A stretch of 64,000 nt of DNA from Dehalococcoidia bacterium (GTDB lineage Bacteria > Chloroflexota > Dehalococcoidia > Lucifugimonadales > Lucifugimonadaceae). Within the stretch, counting starts at the first letter, position 1. Every line of letters begins with the position of its first letter. Location: assembly GCA_965267175.1 (NCBI GenBank), contig OZ253938.1, positions 627,740 to 691,739 of the forward strand, read 5' to 3'. The position numbers and the translations under genes are program-made. The notes under the pieces were generated by a model. That model worked only from the letters and a program-made list of their open reading frames with translations. It was not told the origin of the DNA and did no database searches. Below are positions 18,573-29,092 of this stretch, one piece after another.

Positions 18573-19802
18573 TTGCAGTTCAATCCTCTTTCCCTGACGA
18601 AGAAACGAGCCGCGTTCTGGCTTGGAGCCGGTCTGATGGCCGTGGCGATCGCCTGCTCGAGCTCAACGCCGACGCCCACGCCCGCCAACGCGGATCCCAC
18701 CGCAACGACCCGGCCTGCTGACCCAACCGCCATTCAGCAGCCTGATCCGACGGCGACCACCGCACCGGGGGTTCCAACGAGCACTCCGGCACCACAGGCG
18801 ACCGCCACTGATATCCCGGCAACGGCGACATCGGTTCCATCCACGCCTGTCCCTGGCGCAACAGCTACGCCTGTGCCGCCGACTCCGGTCCCACCGACAC
18901 AGGCACCACCAACTCCCACTCCGGTGATCGTTGTGACACCGGGAGTGCCAAACACTGTTGAGTTGAGCGCTGCGAAAGACAACACCCTTTACGAGTCGTC
19001 AATCGGCGCTTCAAGCAATGGCGCGGGTCAGGGGATATTTGCCGGCCGAACCAACAACAATGTGTTGCGCAGAGCGCTCATTCAGTTCGACGTTGCGAGC
19101 GCCATTCCAGCAGGTTCCACGATCGAATCGGTTGAGCTGACGCTATCGGTCACGAGGACTGTCACGCAGACCCAGCCATTCACCGTGCACCGAGTCACCT
19201 CTGATTGGGGCGAGGGAGCTTCCGACGCTTCGGCGAACGAAGGCCAGGGCGGCACGGCCCAGGCGGGTGATGCGACATGGGTACACACCTTCTCGCCTGA
19301 CCGGATGTGGCAGACGCCCGGCGGTGACTTCGTTTCGCAGGCCAGCGGCCAATTGAACGTCCAGGGCAACGGAGCGTTCACGTGGCCGTCAACGGACGGA
19401 CTGGTCGCCGATGTGCAGCGATGGGTCGACAATCCGGGCTCGAACTTCGGCTGGGTAGTAAGGGGAGATGAGGTTGAGCAAAAGTCTGCAAAGCGTTTTG
19501 GCAGTCGTGAGAACACGAGCGAAGCGGCCCGGCCGAAGCTGGTGATTACGTTTACACCGCCAGGCTCGCCGGTACCGACTGCTACCGCAGGATCGGGGAC
19601 ACAGCAATCTGGCGGGGCAACCGAGCCTTCCAGCACAACCGACCAGGCTTCCACCCCGACGCCAACGGCCACTGCAACGTCCACGCCGGTCCCGCCGACA
19701 CCTACGCCTGTTCCACCTACGCCAACAAGGGTGCCTCCGACCGCGACCACAGTTCCTCCGACGCCGACTCCGGTGAACGATCCGTACGTACCTCCGTACT
19801 AG
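18573..19802 (+). CDS. DNRLRE-domain lipoprotein with Pro/Thr-rich linkers
   Basis: TTG start, signal peptide and lipobox (VAIAC-SSS). The central domain has DNTLYES...NVLRRALIQFDV...VELTLSV...HRVTSDWGE, matching the DNRLRE-type domain. It is flanked by P/T low-complexity regions. Confidence 0.7.
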   Translation: MQFNPLSLTKKRAAFWLGAGLMAVAIACSSSTPTPTPANADPTATTRPADPTAIQQPDPTATTAPGVPTSTPAPQATATDIPATATSVPSTPVPGATATPVPPTPVPPTQAPPTPTPVIVVTPGVPNTVELSAAKDNTLYESSIGASSNGAGQGIFAGRTNNNVLRRALIQFDVASAIPAGSTIESVELTLSVTRTVTQTQPFTVHRVTSDWGEGASDASANEGQGGTAQAGDATWVHTFSPDRMWQTPGGDFVSQASGQLNVQGNGAFTWPSTDGLVADVQRWVDNPGSNFGWVVRGDEVEQKSAKRFGSRENTSEAARPKLVITFTPPGSPVPTATAGSGTQQSGGATEPSSTTDQASTPTPTATATSTPVPPTPTPVPPTPTRVPPTATTVPPTPTPVNDPYVPPY

Positions 19803-21109
19803 GTCTGGGAACCCTGCCTCCGCAGCCGGGATGTGGCTCTTGTCAGCACTACACCGGTCGCGAACACAAGCAGACCGGCGCCTCCGAGCGCCCATTGCAC
19901 TCCGATGAGCTCGCCGAGTGCGCCGAGCCCGATGTGACCGACCCAGCCGAAGCCGATCGCGAAGACCCAGCCCCCAATTGCCCGGCCGCGCATGTGCTCG
20001 GGGACGTTCGCCTGAAGCAGTATCCACTGCATGGCATCGAACGCCCCGGCCGCCATCCCGACACCCAGGATCAGCACCATCGACAGTGGGAAAAGGCCGG
20101 AGGATGCGAACGCCATCAGGAACGTGCCATACAGCAGGGTGATCAGGACAAGCAGCCGTTCCTTGTGTCTGTAGTCGCCGAGCATCGCCAGGACGATCAC
20201 GCCGCCCAACGAGCCGAACGACGCCATCATGTTGAGTGCTCCGAGACCGGTGCCTGCGGTCCCGAGAACGTTGACCGAGACCGACGGCAACAGCGCGCCG
20301 AACGCGAAGCCAAACATCTCGACTAACACCGCTGCGATCAGGAGGACGCGCACGACCGGCATGCCCCAGAGCAGCTTCAGGTCGAGGAATGATTGCTTGA
20401 ACAGCCCGAGGCCAAGTTTTCCCGCATTCGAGACTGTGTTCGCCGTCTGAGTAACAGCGCCGGATTTGATGAACAGGGTCGCGAGAGTCGCAGCACCGAA
20501 TGCAGCAGCGCCGATTCCAAGAGCACCGGGCACACCAATACCGTCGGTTGCAGTGCCTGCGGCAAGGGCTCCCATCGCTCCGATTCCCCTGGCGCCAACA
20601 GACTGCGTTGCGACCGCGTTCATCCGCAGCCTGCGGGGAACTGAGTCGGTGACAAGTCCCTGCGTTGCGGGAATCTCGAACGACTGGCCGATGCCTCCGA
20701 GAGCTGTGATCACGAAAACCGGCCACAGCACCGGCGATTCGACGCCGGCGAAGTAGGCGAGCGCGCCGAGGACCAGCGCTTTGTAGATGGCGGTAAGTGC
20801 GAGGACGCGTCTGCGGGGCCAGCGGTCGACGACCGAGCCGGCGATCGGAGCGGCGATCAGGGCTGGCGCCTGTCGCGCGGCGAACGATGCAGCGGTGAGG
20901 AATACCGAACCTGACTGCTCAAGCACGAAGAAGCCGACAACAAGCCGTTCTGTCCAGTTGCCGAGGGACAGCAGGACTGTCGCCAGCCAGACGCGCCGAA
21001 ACTCAGCGACAGACCACGCACGGCGCGATGATCCGTCGTCAGCCAGCTGGTCCAAGGCGGCCGGTGACGAATTGCCGAGCGCTTCCGCGGTTGTGTCCTG
21101 TGAATCCAC
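19799..21109 (-). CDS. MFS transporter (MFS_3/EntS-like)
   Basis: 436 aa with about 12 TM helices. The N-terminal FRRVWLATVLLSLGNW motif is typical of this subfamily. Confidence 0.85.
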   Translation of the reverse strand: MDSQDTTAEALGNSSPAALDQLADDGSSRRAWSVAEFRRVWLATVLLSLGNWTERLVVGFFVLEQSGSVFLTAASFAARQAPALIAAPIAGSVVDRWPRRRVLALTAIYKALVLGALAYFAGVESPVLWPVFVITALGGIGQSFEIPATQGLVTDSVPRRLRMNAVATQSVGARGIGAMGALAAGTATDGIGVPGALGIGAAAFGAATLATLFIKSGAVTQTANTVSNAGKLGLGLFKQSFLDLKLLWGMPVVRVLLIAAVLVEMFGFAFGALLPSVSVNVLGTAGTGLGALNMMASFGSLGGVIVLAMLGDYRHKERLLVLITLLYGTFLMAFASSGLFPLSMVLILGVGMAAGAFDAMQWILLQANVPEHMRGRAIGGWVFAIGFGWVGHIGLGALGELIGVQWALGGAGLLVFATGVVLTRATSRLRRQGSQT

Positions 21110-21199
21110 CGCGAGATGTTACGCCGGTCTCGTGCCCAGGCGAACTGGCATGAACTTGGCGGATCCAGACAGAACTCCACCGGATGAAGCTTCGACTGG

Positions 21200-22141
21200 C
21201 TAAGGCATGCGGCTTCTGCTGCCGCGGTATGAGACCTGCTGGTGCTCCGGGGGTATCACCAGCACCGGGTGTTCAGACGTCCTGATCACCTTGTCTGCGA
21301 CGCTGCCGAGAAGCCAGCGCTTGATTCCAGATGCTCCATGCGAGGTCATCACCACCATGCGATCACTGGACTTAGAGACCTCGTGAATGATCGCCTCAGC
21401 CGCTGTCTCTCGGATGTTCACGAAGCTTGCCGTGATTCCACGCCGTATCGATCGATCGGCGACTCGCTGCAGGTAGCCGCCTGTCTTCCCACCGGGCCTG
21501 CTCTCCCCTTCTATCTCAACAACCGGATCTGCAAGCGCATAGGCAGAGTAGGAGGTGTTCGGAGCGGTGCCGGAGAGGTAGATCACTTCGCCGGAGGTGT
21601 GGCTGGCGATCGCCTCGGCGACCGGGATAGCGCCCTCGGCGAAGTTCGAGCCGTCAAGAGGGACGATCACTTTGCGCGGCAGTCCCTCTCCATCTTCGAA
21701 CCCGGCCACCTCACCAGGCCTCGCCAGCATGATGGGCACGCCGGTCGAGTGGAGCACACGGTCGGAGACGCTGCCGAGGATGCCGCGCATCACGGCGGAC
21801 CTGCGATGCGTGACCATCGCGATCAACTTGGAATCGAGCTCCCGCGCCTGGTCCACTATCGTTTCCGCCGGATCTCCTGTGGTCACATGGGAGGCGACGG
21901 TGACGTTGCGCTCCTGCAGCCAGTCGGCCTGCGTCCTCAAATAGTTCCGGGCAAACTCTGACTCCTCCTCAGCCACGGTCTCACGGTCCTGCGAAGCATC
22001 TGACTGCTTGAGCTTCGATGGATCGATCACTGCCAGCAAGTCAACGACCGATTCGAGTTCGGACGCGAGTCCAACCACCCAGCTCCGGATCTTTTCAGAC
22101 TCCGGTGAACCATCAAGCGGGACCAGGATTCGATCAAACAT
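21200..22141 (-). CDS. universal stress protein, tandem Usp domains
   Basis: Start at the internal Met (MFDRILVPLDGSPESE). There are two Usp repeats, each ending in a GSV.D.V-type ATP-binding motif. Confidence 0.85.
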   Translation of the reverse strand: MFDRILVPLDGSPESEKIRSWVVGLASELESVVDLLAVIDPSKLKQSDASQDRETVAEEESEFARNYLRTQADWLQERNVTVASHVTTGDPAETIVDQARELDSKLIAMVTHRRSAVMRGILGSVSDRVLHSTGVPIMLARPGEVAGFEDGEGLPRKVIVPLDGSNFAEGAIPVAEAIASHTSGEVIYLSGTAPNTSYSAYALADPVVEIEGESRPGGKTGGYLQRVADRSIRRGITASFVNIRETAAEAIIHEVSKSSDRMVVMTSHGASGIKRWLLGSVADKVIRTSEHPVLVIPPEHQQVSYRGSRSRMP

Positions 22142-22244
22142 TCGATGCCCTCGGCTGGCGGGCGTGACCGGCAACGACCGATTCACTCATGCAACAGACT
22201 CCTGTCTCAGACGTGGAGACGCCTCTGGTGAAACCAGCTTATCG

Positions 22245-22913
22245 CTACCCGGTGATGCGGTAGATCCTGTCGCCGCTTCGGACTCTCGAGTCGACCTTCA
22301 TCGCAACGTCGTCGCCCGGAAATGCGTCTGTGATCTGCTTGTGGTCGATCTCCATCGACTCAGCTGCCTGCTTGAAGTTCGTGGAGTGGCCTACGAAGCG
22401 CACAGTGTCGCCTTTGTGAATAGGTGCGTTCAGGTCCAGCACGGCAACGCCCTGGTGGTTGTAGTAGTGCGTTACCCGGCCGACCTGCATCGCCGCAGGC
22501 ATCTGCCTGACTTCACCCGCTCCGAACATCAGGTCATACATCACCTGCCCGAACGACTGCGCGATATCGGTGTACGAAACGACACCAACAAGGTCGCCGT
22601 TCTCTACAACTGGAAGCCTCTGGACATGCTTCTCGCGCATGAGATGGCTTGCGACCACGAGGTCTTCGTCGGGACTGATGCCAACGATTGGCGAACTCAG
22701 ATACTCGCTGACCGATCGGCTATCGGGCATCTCGCCCTGCCCGACGCACCTGACCAGCAGGTCGCGGTCGGTGATTACACCCTCTGCTTTGTCGCCTTTG
22801 CCGACGACAAGCATTCCGACATCTTCCTGCGCCATTAGCGCGGCGGCGTCTGCGACTGAAGCCGTGGGCTCAATCATCACGGCGCCGTAGACCATCACAT
22901 CTTTGACTCGCAT
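22245..22913 (-). CDS. CBS-pair protein fused to an elongation-factor-like beta-barrel domain
   Basis: The N-terminal CBS pair is MRVKDVM...VTDRDL...VVSYTDI. The C-terminal 85 aa (VGRVTHYYNHQGVAVLDLNAPIHKGDTVRFVGHSTNFKQAAESMEIDHKQI...GDRIYRI) resemble stand-alone 'translation elongation factor-like' small proteins. Confidence 0.75.
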   Translation of the reverse strand: MRVKDVMVYGAVMIEPTASVADAAALMAQEDVGMLVVGKGDKAEGVITDRDLLVRCVGQGEMPDSRSVSEYLSSPIVGISPDEDLVVASHLMREKHVQRLPVVENGDLVGVVSYTDIAQSFGQVMYDLMFGAGEVRQMPAAMQVGRVTHYYNHQGVAVLDLNAPIHKGDTVRFVGHSTNFKQAAESMEIDHKQITDAFPGDDVAMKVDSRVRSGDRIYRITG

Positions 22914-23046
22914 AGCTGTTCACCTCGGCATGTCGGTTGGTTTGATTGCTGTTGAGGCCACCCTAAAACCCGCAGCACGATGAGACCGCGAGGATCAATG
23001 CGGTGGCGGTGAAGGGAGTGTGAGGTTGCGCGGTCGAGAGTGGCGT

Positions 23047-24912
23047 TTAGCTTTTGACGGCGTGCTGGCGTTCCAACTGCAGCACCGCCATGAACGCTTC
23101 CTGCGGCACCTCGATGGCGCCGATCATCTTGGCCCGGCGCTTCTTGCCTTTCGCCTGCTGCTCAAGCAGCTTGCGCTTGCGGGTGACATCGCCGCCGTAG
23201 CACTTGGCGAGAACGTTCTTGCGCATCGCCGAGATGTTCTCCCGGGCGACGATCTTTCCGCCTATTGCAGCCTGGATAGGCACCTGGAACATCTGCCTTG
23301 GGATGAGTTCCTTCAGCTTCGCGGCGAGCTGGCGGCCCTGCGATTCGGCGTTTGAGCGGTGAATGATCAGCGACAGCGCGTCCACAGGCTCGTGGTTCAC
23401 CAGCACATCCAGCTTCACCATGTTCGACTCGCGGCGATCGATCAGCTGGTAGTCGAGAGAGGCGTATCCACTGGTCACCGACTTCAGACTGTCGTGGAAA
23501 TCGACAAGGATTTCGGCCAGCGGTAGGTTGTATTCCAGCAGGACGCGCGCGTCCTGAGAGACGTTGCTCGCGCCGTTGCCCTGCGCCGGCTGCAGGTACT
23601 CCATCTTCACGTATTCGCCGCGCCGCGTTGTGACCAGTTCCATGATGCCGCCGATATAGCGCGACGGCGAGATGATCGTGATGTTGACCCACGGCTCGAG
23701 CACACGGGCGATGCGTTGCGGGTCGGGCAGCTTTGAAGGGTTGTCCACTTCGATAGTCGTGCCGTCGGTCAGTTCGACGGTGAACGAGACGCTTGGGGCC
23801 GTGGCGATCAGGTTCAGGTTGTACTCACGCTCGAGCCGTTCCTGGACAACGTCCATGTGCAGTAAACCAAGGAACCCGCAACGGAACCCGAAGCCGAGCG
23901 CGGCTGATGACTCTGGCTCGAACACGAGCGCTGCATCGTTCAGCTGAAGCTTGGAAAGGGCTTCACGCAGCTCGGGGAAATCGTCGCCTTCCGCCGGGTA
24001 GATGCCTGTGAAGACCATCGGTAGCTGTGTCGAGTAGCCCGGCAGCGGCTCGGTCGCCGGTTTTGACGCCAGCGTCATGGTGTCGCCGACACGGCAGTCG
24101 CGAACGTTCTTCAGACCGGTCGCGACGTAGCCGACCTCGCCGACCGACAGCGAATCTGACTTCATGAGTACCGGACTGAAGTAGCCGGTCTCGAGCGCCT
24201 CTGGCTCCACGCCAGTGCGCATCAGTTGCACCTTTTCACCTGACATCAGTCGGCCATTGATGACCCTGACGTATGCGACGACCCCCTTGAACTGGTCGTA
24301 CTTCGAATCGAAGATCATCGCCTGCAGCGGTGCTTCCGGGTCACCCTTTGGCGGCGGGATCAAGGTGATCACGGTCTCGAGCAGGTCGATCACGCCTTCG
24401 CCAGTCTTTCCGGATGCATACAGGATCTCGCTGTCCTTGAAGCCAAACGCCTGCTTGATCTCGTCAGCAACTCGCTCCGGTTCCGCAGCGGGCATGTCGA
24501 TCTTGTTGATGACGGGGATGATTTCGAGGTCGTGCTCTAGCGCCAGGTAGATGTTGGCCATCGTCTGGGCCTGGATGCCCTGTGTGGCATCGACAAGCAG
24601 TAGCGCACCCTCGCATGCGGCCAGCGAACGGGAAACCTCGTACGAGAAGTCGACGTGGCCGGGGGTGTCGATCAGGTTGAGCTGGTAGTCGATTCCATCC
24701 CGGCTCTTGTACGGCAATCGGATCGCCTGCGCTTTGATAGTGATCCCGCGCTCACGCTCCAGCGCCATCGTGTCGAGGTGCTGGTCGGTCAGGTCACGAT
24801 CGGACACGGCGCCGGTCTCCTGGATGAGACGGTCGGCGAGGGTCGACTTGCCGTGGTCGATGTGGGCGATGATGCAGAAGTTGCGGATCTGAGACTGGTC
24901 CATATGACTCAA
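23047..24912 (-). CDS. lepA: translation elongation factor 4
   Basis: [33 protein letters not shown] and the LepA-specific C-terminal domain. Confidence 0.95.
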   Translation of the reverse strand: MSHMDQSQIRNFCIIAHIDHGKSTLADRLIQETGAVSDRDLTDQHLDTMALERERGITIKAQAIRLPYKSRDGIDYQLNLIDTPGHVDFSYEVSRSLAACEGALLLVDATQGIQAQTMANIYLALEHDLEIIPVINKIDMPAAEPERVADEIKQAFGFKDSEILYASGKTGEGVIDLLETVITLIPPPKGDPEAPLQAMIFDSKYDQFKGVVAYVRVINGRLMSGEKVQLMRTGVEPEALETGYFSPVLMKSDSLSVGEVGYVATGLKNVRDCRVGDTMTLASKPATEPLPGYSTQLPMVFTGIYPAEGDDFPELREALSKLQLNDAALVFEPESSAALGFGFRCGFLGLLHMDVVQERLEREYNLNLIATAPSVSFTVELTDGTTIEVDNPSKLPDPQRIARVLEPWVNITIISPSRYIGGIMELVTTRRGEYVKMEYLQPAQGNGASNVSQDARVLLEYNLPLAEILVDFHDSLKSVTSGYASLDYQLIDRRESNMVKLDVLVNHEPVDALSLIIHRSNAESQGRQLAAKLKELIPRQMFQVPIQAAIGGKIVARENISAMRKNVLAKCYGGDVTRKRKLLEQQAKGKKRRAKMIGAIEVPQEAFMAVLQLERQHAVKS

Positions 24913-25078
24913 TTGTAGGTGGCGTTGGGGCGTCTGGCATCGGTCCTGGCGACATCATGCTGCCGGTTCTGCCCACGGGTTCTTCACCCGCTCTCGGGGA
25001 TCAAGTAATGCGAACAGGTGTACGATTCGCAACTCGATAAGCGTTTGGCCTCACGATTCGAACGGAAGTCTGATCCAC

Positions 25079-25642
25079 ATGGCGACTGCGAGCGAAAACA
25101 GGTACGACAACATCTCATCGGAAGCAGTTGAGAAGGCAACCGGACGAAGCTGGGACAAGTGGTTCGAGTTGCTGGATTCCGCGGGCGCAAGCGAGATGAA
25201 GCACTCTGAGATCGCCGCGTGGCTCAATGAGAACCACATCGAAAGCGGGTGGTGGAGCCAGTCTGTGACGGTTGGCTACGAACGAGCGCGAGGGATGCGG
25301 CAGCGTCACGAGAAGTCGGACGGCTTTTCGGTAAGCGTCAGCAAGACGATTGGAAAGCCGGTCTCGGAGCTTTACGCCGACTGGACCGAAGGCGGGCGAA
25401 GGGCGAACTGGCTACCCGATGTCGCTGATATCGATTTCACGACTGCGAACCTGAACAAGAACCTCAGGGCCAGGTGGCCGAACGACGGTTCGCAGCTCAT
25501 CGTCTACTTCTATGACAGGGGAGACGACCGCTGCCAGGTGGTTGTGCAGTGTGAGCAGTTGGGCAGTGGGGATGACGTGGAGCCGCGAAAGGGTTTCTGG
25601 AAGGATGCGTTAGCCAGGTTGGCAACCGTCGAAGGTCAATGA
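25079..25642 (+). CDS. hypothetical protein (DUF4287-like N-terminus)
   Basis: 187 aa with coding-like composition. The N-terminal pattern KATGRSWDKWFELLD...HSEIAAWL resembles DUF4287. Function unknown. Confidence 0.55.
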   Translation: MATASENRYDNISSEAVEKATGRSWDKWFELLDSAGASEMKHSEIAAWLNENHIESGWWSQSVTVGYERARGMRQRHEKSDGFSVSVSKTIGKPVSELYADWTEGGRRANWLPDVADIDFTTANLNKNLRARWPNDGSQLIVYFYDRGDDRCQVVVQCEQLGSGDDVEPRKGFWKDALARLATVEGQ

Positions 25643-25646
25643 TGCG

Positions 25647-27596
25647 ATGGATTCGGTAACGCGAAATCGAACAGCGCTGAGCGGGATCTGTCTCAAGGCC
25701 GGCATCACAGTTCTCGCACTCGCAGTGTTCGTTGCCAGCTCACCCACGATTGCGCGGGCTGACGACGATGGCGGCGTGCGCGACAACTTCAGGGGTGATC
25801 CACCAGGCACGCCGCTAACACTGCACGAGCCAAACGAGGACTCGGTTGGTGGTGGATGGATCCAGGGCGTCGGCGCGGATTTCCAGATCGCGGCGGACGG
25901 CCGGTCTGTCCGTGATGCCGCACTGAACCTCCCAGCGAGGATCGCCGTGATCGACACGCAGGTCACCGAATACGACCTCAGCGTCACGATAGAACGAGCC
26001 GGTCCGAGGACATTGACCGGTGTGGTCGTCAGATATGTGGACGAAAACAACTACTTAGCCGCGACCCACGATGGCCGCAGGCTAAGACTGGTCAGAGTCG
26101 TGGATGGGGATGAGACGGTGCTGAAAGGGCGGTCATTCGTGTCGAGAACGGGCGAGCCTGACCTGTGGAGGGCGGAGGTCCGCAATGAATCGATCACCGT
26201 TCGGGTCAACGAGCGACGCAGACTGAGCGCTTCTGACTCGACTTTCGCAGACGCAACTCTCGCAGGTTTGATTCAGCAACCTTCACAGGACACCGTGTTC
26301 CGCAGCTTCGAGGTCGAGTCAAACAGGGACGATGACGATGAAGACGACGAGGACCGCAGCTCCGCGACCGAATCGCCTGCGCCAACCGAACCGGTCGTTC
26401 AAGACAGCTTCACAGCTCCCGACGGCACCGCGCTTTCTCCGCACACCGAAACAGAGATCGTCTCCGGCGGTGGCTGGAGTGAAGTCACAGGCGGCTGGGA
26501 GATCGTTGGAGGCAAGGCGATCCTCGCTACCCCGGACCCGGCGCGACCCTCAGGCGATCACATCGCCGCGATCCCATCGCAGGGCGCGCCGCTGCAGGAG
26601 ATCTCTGCCGATATCACCTGGAACGGCGGGTTCGCAGGTCTTGCGTGGAACGTAGTCGCTGAAACCGCGTACTCACTCGTGTTTTGGGACGGCGTTTCAC
26701 TCGTAGTCGGACGGGTCGAAGGTGGAGCGTTCCATGAACGTGGAAGACGACAGGCTTCATGGACTTCGGGTCAGAGCCGCAACCTCCGTATAGAACTGCA
26801 GGATGGCCATGCCGCCGTCTATCTCGATGACAGCGAGGCGGTGCTGCTTGCGCTTGGAGTGGAGGCGCCAACGGTCCTTAACGCTGGACTGTTCGATCGA
26901 TTCAACGCGGGCAACAGCTTCGACAACCTTGTCGTGAGGGAATCTTCGCCCGGACCTGAGATGCCGATACTCGTGCCCGACCCGCCGATCGGGCCGCCTG
27001 CGCCTTCCGCCCCACCCAACGACGCGTGGCTTTATGACAGCTTCAACTCAGCCGACTTCTCGCTGCTTAGCCACAGGACGTCGGAGATCAACCCGTCTGG
27101 CGAGGGGTGGACCGACGTTAACGGCTTATGGATGCTGCTGGACCAGCAGGCTTCCGAGCAGTCGGGCGTCTTCGGTCCGCTGGGAATCGACCGTTTCGCA
27201 GTGATCGACACCGGCACAGATGAGTACGAGCTTAAGTCGAAAGTCACGTGGGACGGCGGTCGCGTCGGCGTTTTCTTTAGCGGACGGTCGAACAGCCCGG
27301 ACGATGCGGGTCGAAACGGCTTCATCTTCTTCCGCAGCGGCGAAACGCTGCATGTCGGCAGGTTGATCGGAGGTGTCTACTTCCCGATCGCCTCGACCGA
27401 GCGGTTCAGCTGGAGGGCAGGCCAGACTAAGACGCTGAGAGTTGAGGTCGAGGGTGACCGGGCGAGGCTGAAGCTCGGAGGCAGGACCATCTTCAGGTTC
27501 AGCAACGCAACGCTCGAGGGCTCAACCTGGGCAGGTCTGTTCCAGCGTGGCGGACAAGACGAGCGCTATAACGATTTCACGGTGAAGCTGCCGTAG
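25647..27596 (+). CDS. secreted protein with three LamG/concanavalin-like repeats
   Basis: 649 aa with a signal peptide (LALAVFVASSPTIARA). Three modules of about 180 aa each start D(S/N)F...GGW and end ...F(D/R)(N/S)(L/F)(V/E)V. An acidic linker NRDDDDEDDEDRSS is present. Confidence 0.7.
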   Translation: MDSVTRNRTALSGICLKAGITVLALAVFVASSPTIARADDDGGVRDNFRGDPPGTPLTLHEPNEDSVGGGWIQGVGADFQIAADGRSVRDAALNLPARIAVIDTQVTEYDLSVTIERAGPRTLTGVVVRYVDENNYLAATHDGRRLRLVRVVDGDETVLKGRSFVSRTGEPDLWRAEVRNESITVRVNERRRLSASDSTFADATLAGLIQQPSQDTVFRSFEVESNRDDDDEDDEDRSSATESPAPTEPVVQDSFTAPDGTALSPHTETEIVSGGGWSEVTGGWEIVGGKAILATPDPARPSGDHIAAIPSQGAPLQEISADITWNGGFAGLAWNVVAETAYSLVFWDGVSLVVGRVEGGAFHERGRRQASWTSGQSRNLRIELQDGHAAVYLDDSEAVLLALGVEAPTVLNAGLFDRFNAGNSFDNLVVRESSPGPEMPILVPDPPIGPPAPSAPPNDAWLYDSFNSADFSLLSHRTSEINPSGEGWTDVNGLWMLLDQQASEQSGVFGPLGIDRFAVIDTGTDEYELKSKVTWDGGRVGVFFSGRSNSPDDAGRNGFIFFRSGETLHVGRLIGGVYFPIASTERFSWRAGQTKTLRVEVEGDRARLKLGGRTIFRFSNATLEGSTWAGLFQRGGQDERYNDFTVKLP

Positions 27597-27617
27597 ACAC
27601 GTGCCTACTTGACGGCC

Positions 27618-28814
27618 CTAAGCCACGGTTCGCCCTGTCCGTTCGGGCTGCTCAACCGGCTGCGGCGTCGCCAGTTTGCTGACCTGCGCCGCTTCGTCGG
27701 CTTCAGTTGTTTCGCCTGTCTTGAGCAGCACAGTGATGCCCAGCAATAGCACTGCTCCGGAAACTCCTGCGATGGCAAGCGCCCACTGCGTGCCCAGAAA
27801 CTCAGCCAGTGAACCGAGAACAATCATGCCGAACGGACCGAAGCCGAACATGATGAACCGGACACTGATGACTCGGCTGCGGAACTCCGGCGATGCGGTC
27901 AACTGCATCGTGATCATGTTCGTCACGAAGTAGAGAGTGGCAACGCCCGCCGCCAGTCCGGCGATCAACACCGAAAGCAGGAACACTTCGGATACGGCCA
28001 ACGCGATCACCAGCCCGGCGAAAAGGAATCCGGACACAACGGTGAGTCGCTTCTCTCCGAACTGCCCTGAGACCGGCACAGCCAGCACCGCGCCGAACAG
28101 CGCGCCAAGTCCGATCGAGACCTGCAGTGCCGCCAGTCCGCCCGCGCCCTGGTCGAGAACATCTTTGGCAAGCGGCGGCAATAGCGCCACCCATGTGTTT
28201 GCCGTCACGACCAGCGCGAACCCGGCGACCAAGTACCAGCGCAACTGCCTGTGGCCGCTGATGTACGCAGCGCCCTCCCGCATGTTCTGCAGGAAGCTGC
28301 CCCGGTGGACCGAGGGCGACTTCGCGACCGCCTTCAAGCTGGCGAAAATAGGAATCGCAGGCAGGACTAGCGCAGTACCGAGAACGGCGGCGGCTCCAGT
28401 TCCGGCGGTCGCAAGCACAAGTCCGCCAATCAGCGGCCCCGAGATCTGGGCCATGTTGAACATCGCAGGCGATAGACCGAGTGCGGCTCTCTGCAGCTTC
28501 GGCCTGACAAGATCACCGACGAGCGACTGCCTCGATGGCGCATACGTTGCCGCCGTGATCCCGTGTACACCGGTCAGCAACAGCACATGCCAGGCCTGAA
28601 CAACGTCGGTCAGTATCAGCACGGTCGAGGCCGCGTACGTTGCAAATACGATCGTCTCGCCGGTCGCTATCACACGTGTCCGTCGGAAGCGGTCAGCCAG
28701 CTCTCCGCCGACGAGTGTGAACACCAGCATCGGTGCGATGAACAGCACCGGAACAAGCGAAACCAGGAGTGGCGAACCGGTCAGTTCGTTCACCAGCCAT
28801 CCACGGATGAGCAT
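27618..28814 (-). CDS. MFS transporter (MFS_3/EntS-like); true N-terminus lies upstream of the listed start
   Basis: 398 aa from the first ATG. The in-frame upstream codons encode ...LGHTQFRHYTIAAFFSFSAFFVH-M..., which aligns with TM1 of the paralogue at 19799-21109. See the finding on the start codon. Confidence 0.8.
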   Translation of the reverse strand: MLIRGWLVNELTGSPLLVSLVPVLFIAPMLVFTLVGGELADRFRRTRVIATGETIVFATYAASTVLILTDVVQAWHVLLLTGVHGITAATYAPSRQSLVGDLVRPKLQRAALGLSPAMFNMAQISGPLIGGLVLATAGTGAAAVLGTALVLPAIPIFASLKAVAKSPSVHRGSFLQNMREGAAYISGHRQLRWYLVAGFALVVTANTWVALLPPLAKDVLDQGAGGLAALQVSIGLGALFGAVLAVPVSGQFGEKRLTVVSGFLFAGLVIALAVSEVFLLSVLIAGLAAGVATLYFVTNMITMQLTASPEFRSRVISVRFIMFGFGPFGMIVLGSLAEFLGTQWALAIAGVSGAVLLLGITVLLKTGETTEADEAAQVSKLATPQPVEQPERTGRTVA

Positions 28815-29072
28815 GTGAACGAAGAAAGCTGAGAAGCTGAAGAACGCCGCGATGGTGTAGTGGCGGAACTGCGTGTGGCCGAGTGGTGCCAGCGGGCCTA
28901 TGCGGCTGATTTCGTAGACCGGACGGTGCAGGCCGCCGGTGTGGGGAGCGCGCGGGCGCTTCCTGCGCTTTTTGGGTTCCCATGCTGCGCCGGATTCGTG
29001 GCCCGGAACTTTTGAGGCCGAGCGCCCTGGGAGATGTAGATTCGGTTTCGTTTCTGTGCCTGTAAGCAGAAG

Positions 29073-29092
29073 GCCGAAGCAAATGCTTCGGC
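29073..29092 (-). terminator. possible terminator hairpin downstream of the VTT-domain gene
   Basis: Perfect 8-bp stem GCCGAAGC/GCTTCGGC with a 4-nt loop. On the minus strand it is followed by CTTCTGCTT, a weak U-tract. Confidence 0.3.

Noticed and set aside
18663-18948. Short tandem DNA repeats here and at 19563-19802, 60389-60500 and 26320-26350, checked as possible CRISPR or VNTR arrays
   Set aside because: All lie in frame inside genes and encode low-complexity linkers (P/T-rich, S/D/G-rich, or acidic). There is no regular repeat-spacer architecture.
19389-20726. 445-aa minus-strand ORF
   Set aside because: It is Arg/Cys/Gly-rich and out of frame with the MFS transporter on the same strand. 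It also runs antisense into the DNRLRE gene and has no recognisable domain.
22008-22838. 276-aa plus-strand ORF, together with 21242-21961
   Set aside because: Both are antisense to the USP and CBS-domain genes, which carry clear family motifs.
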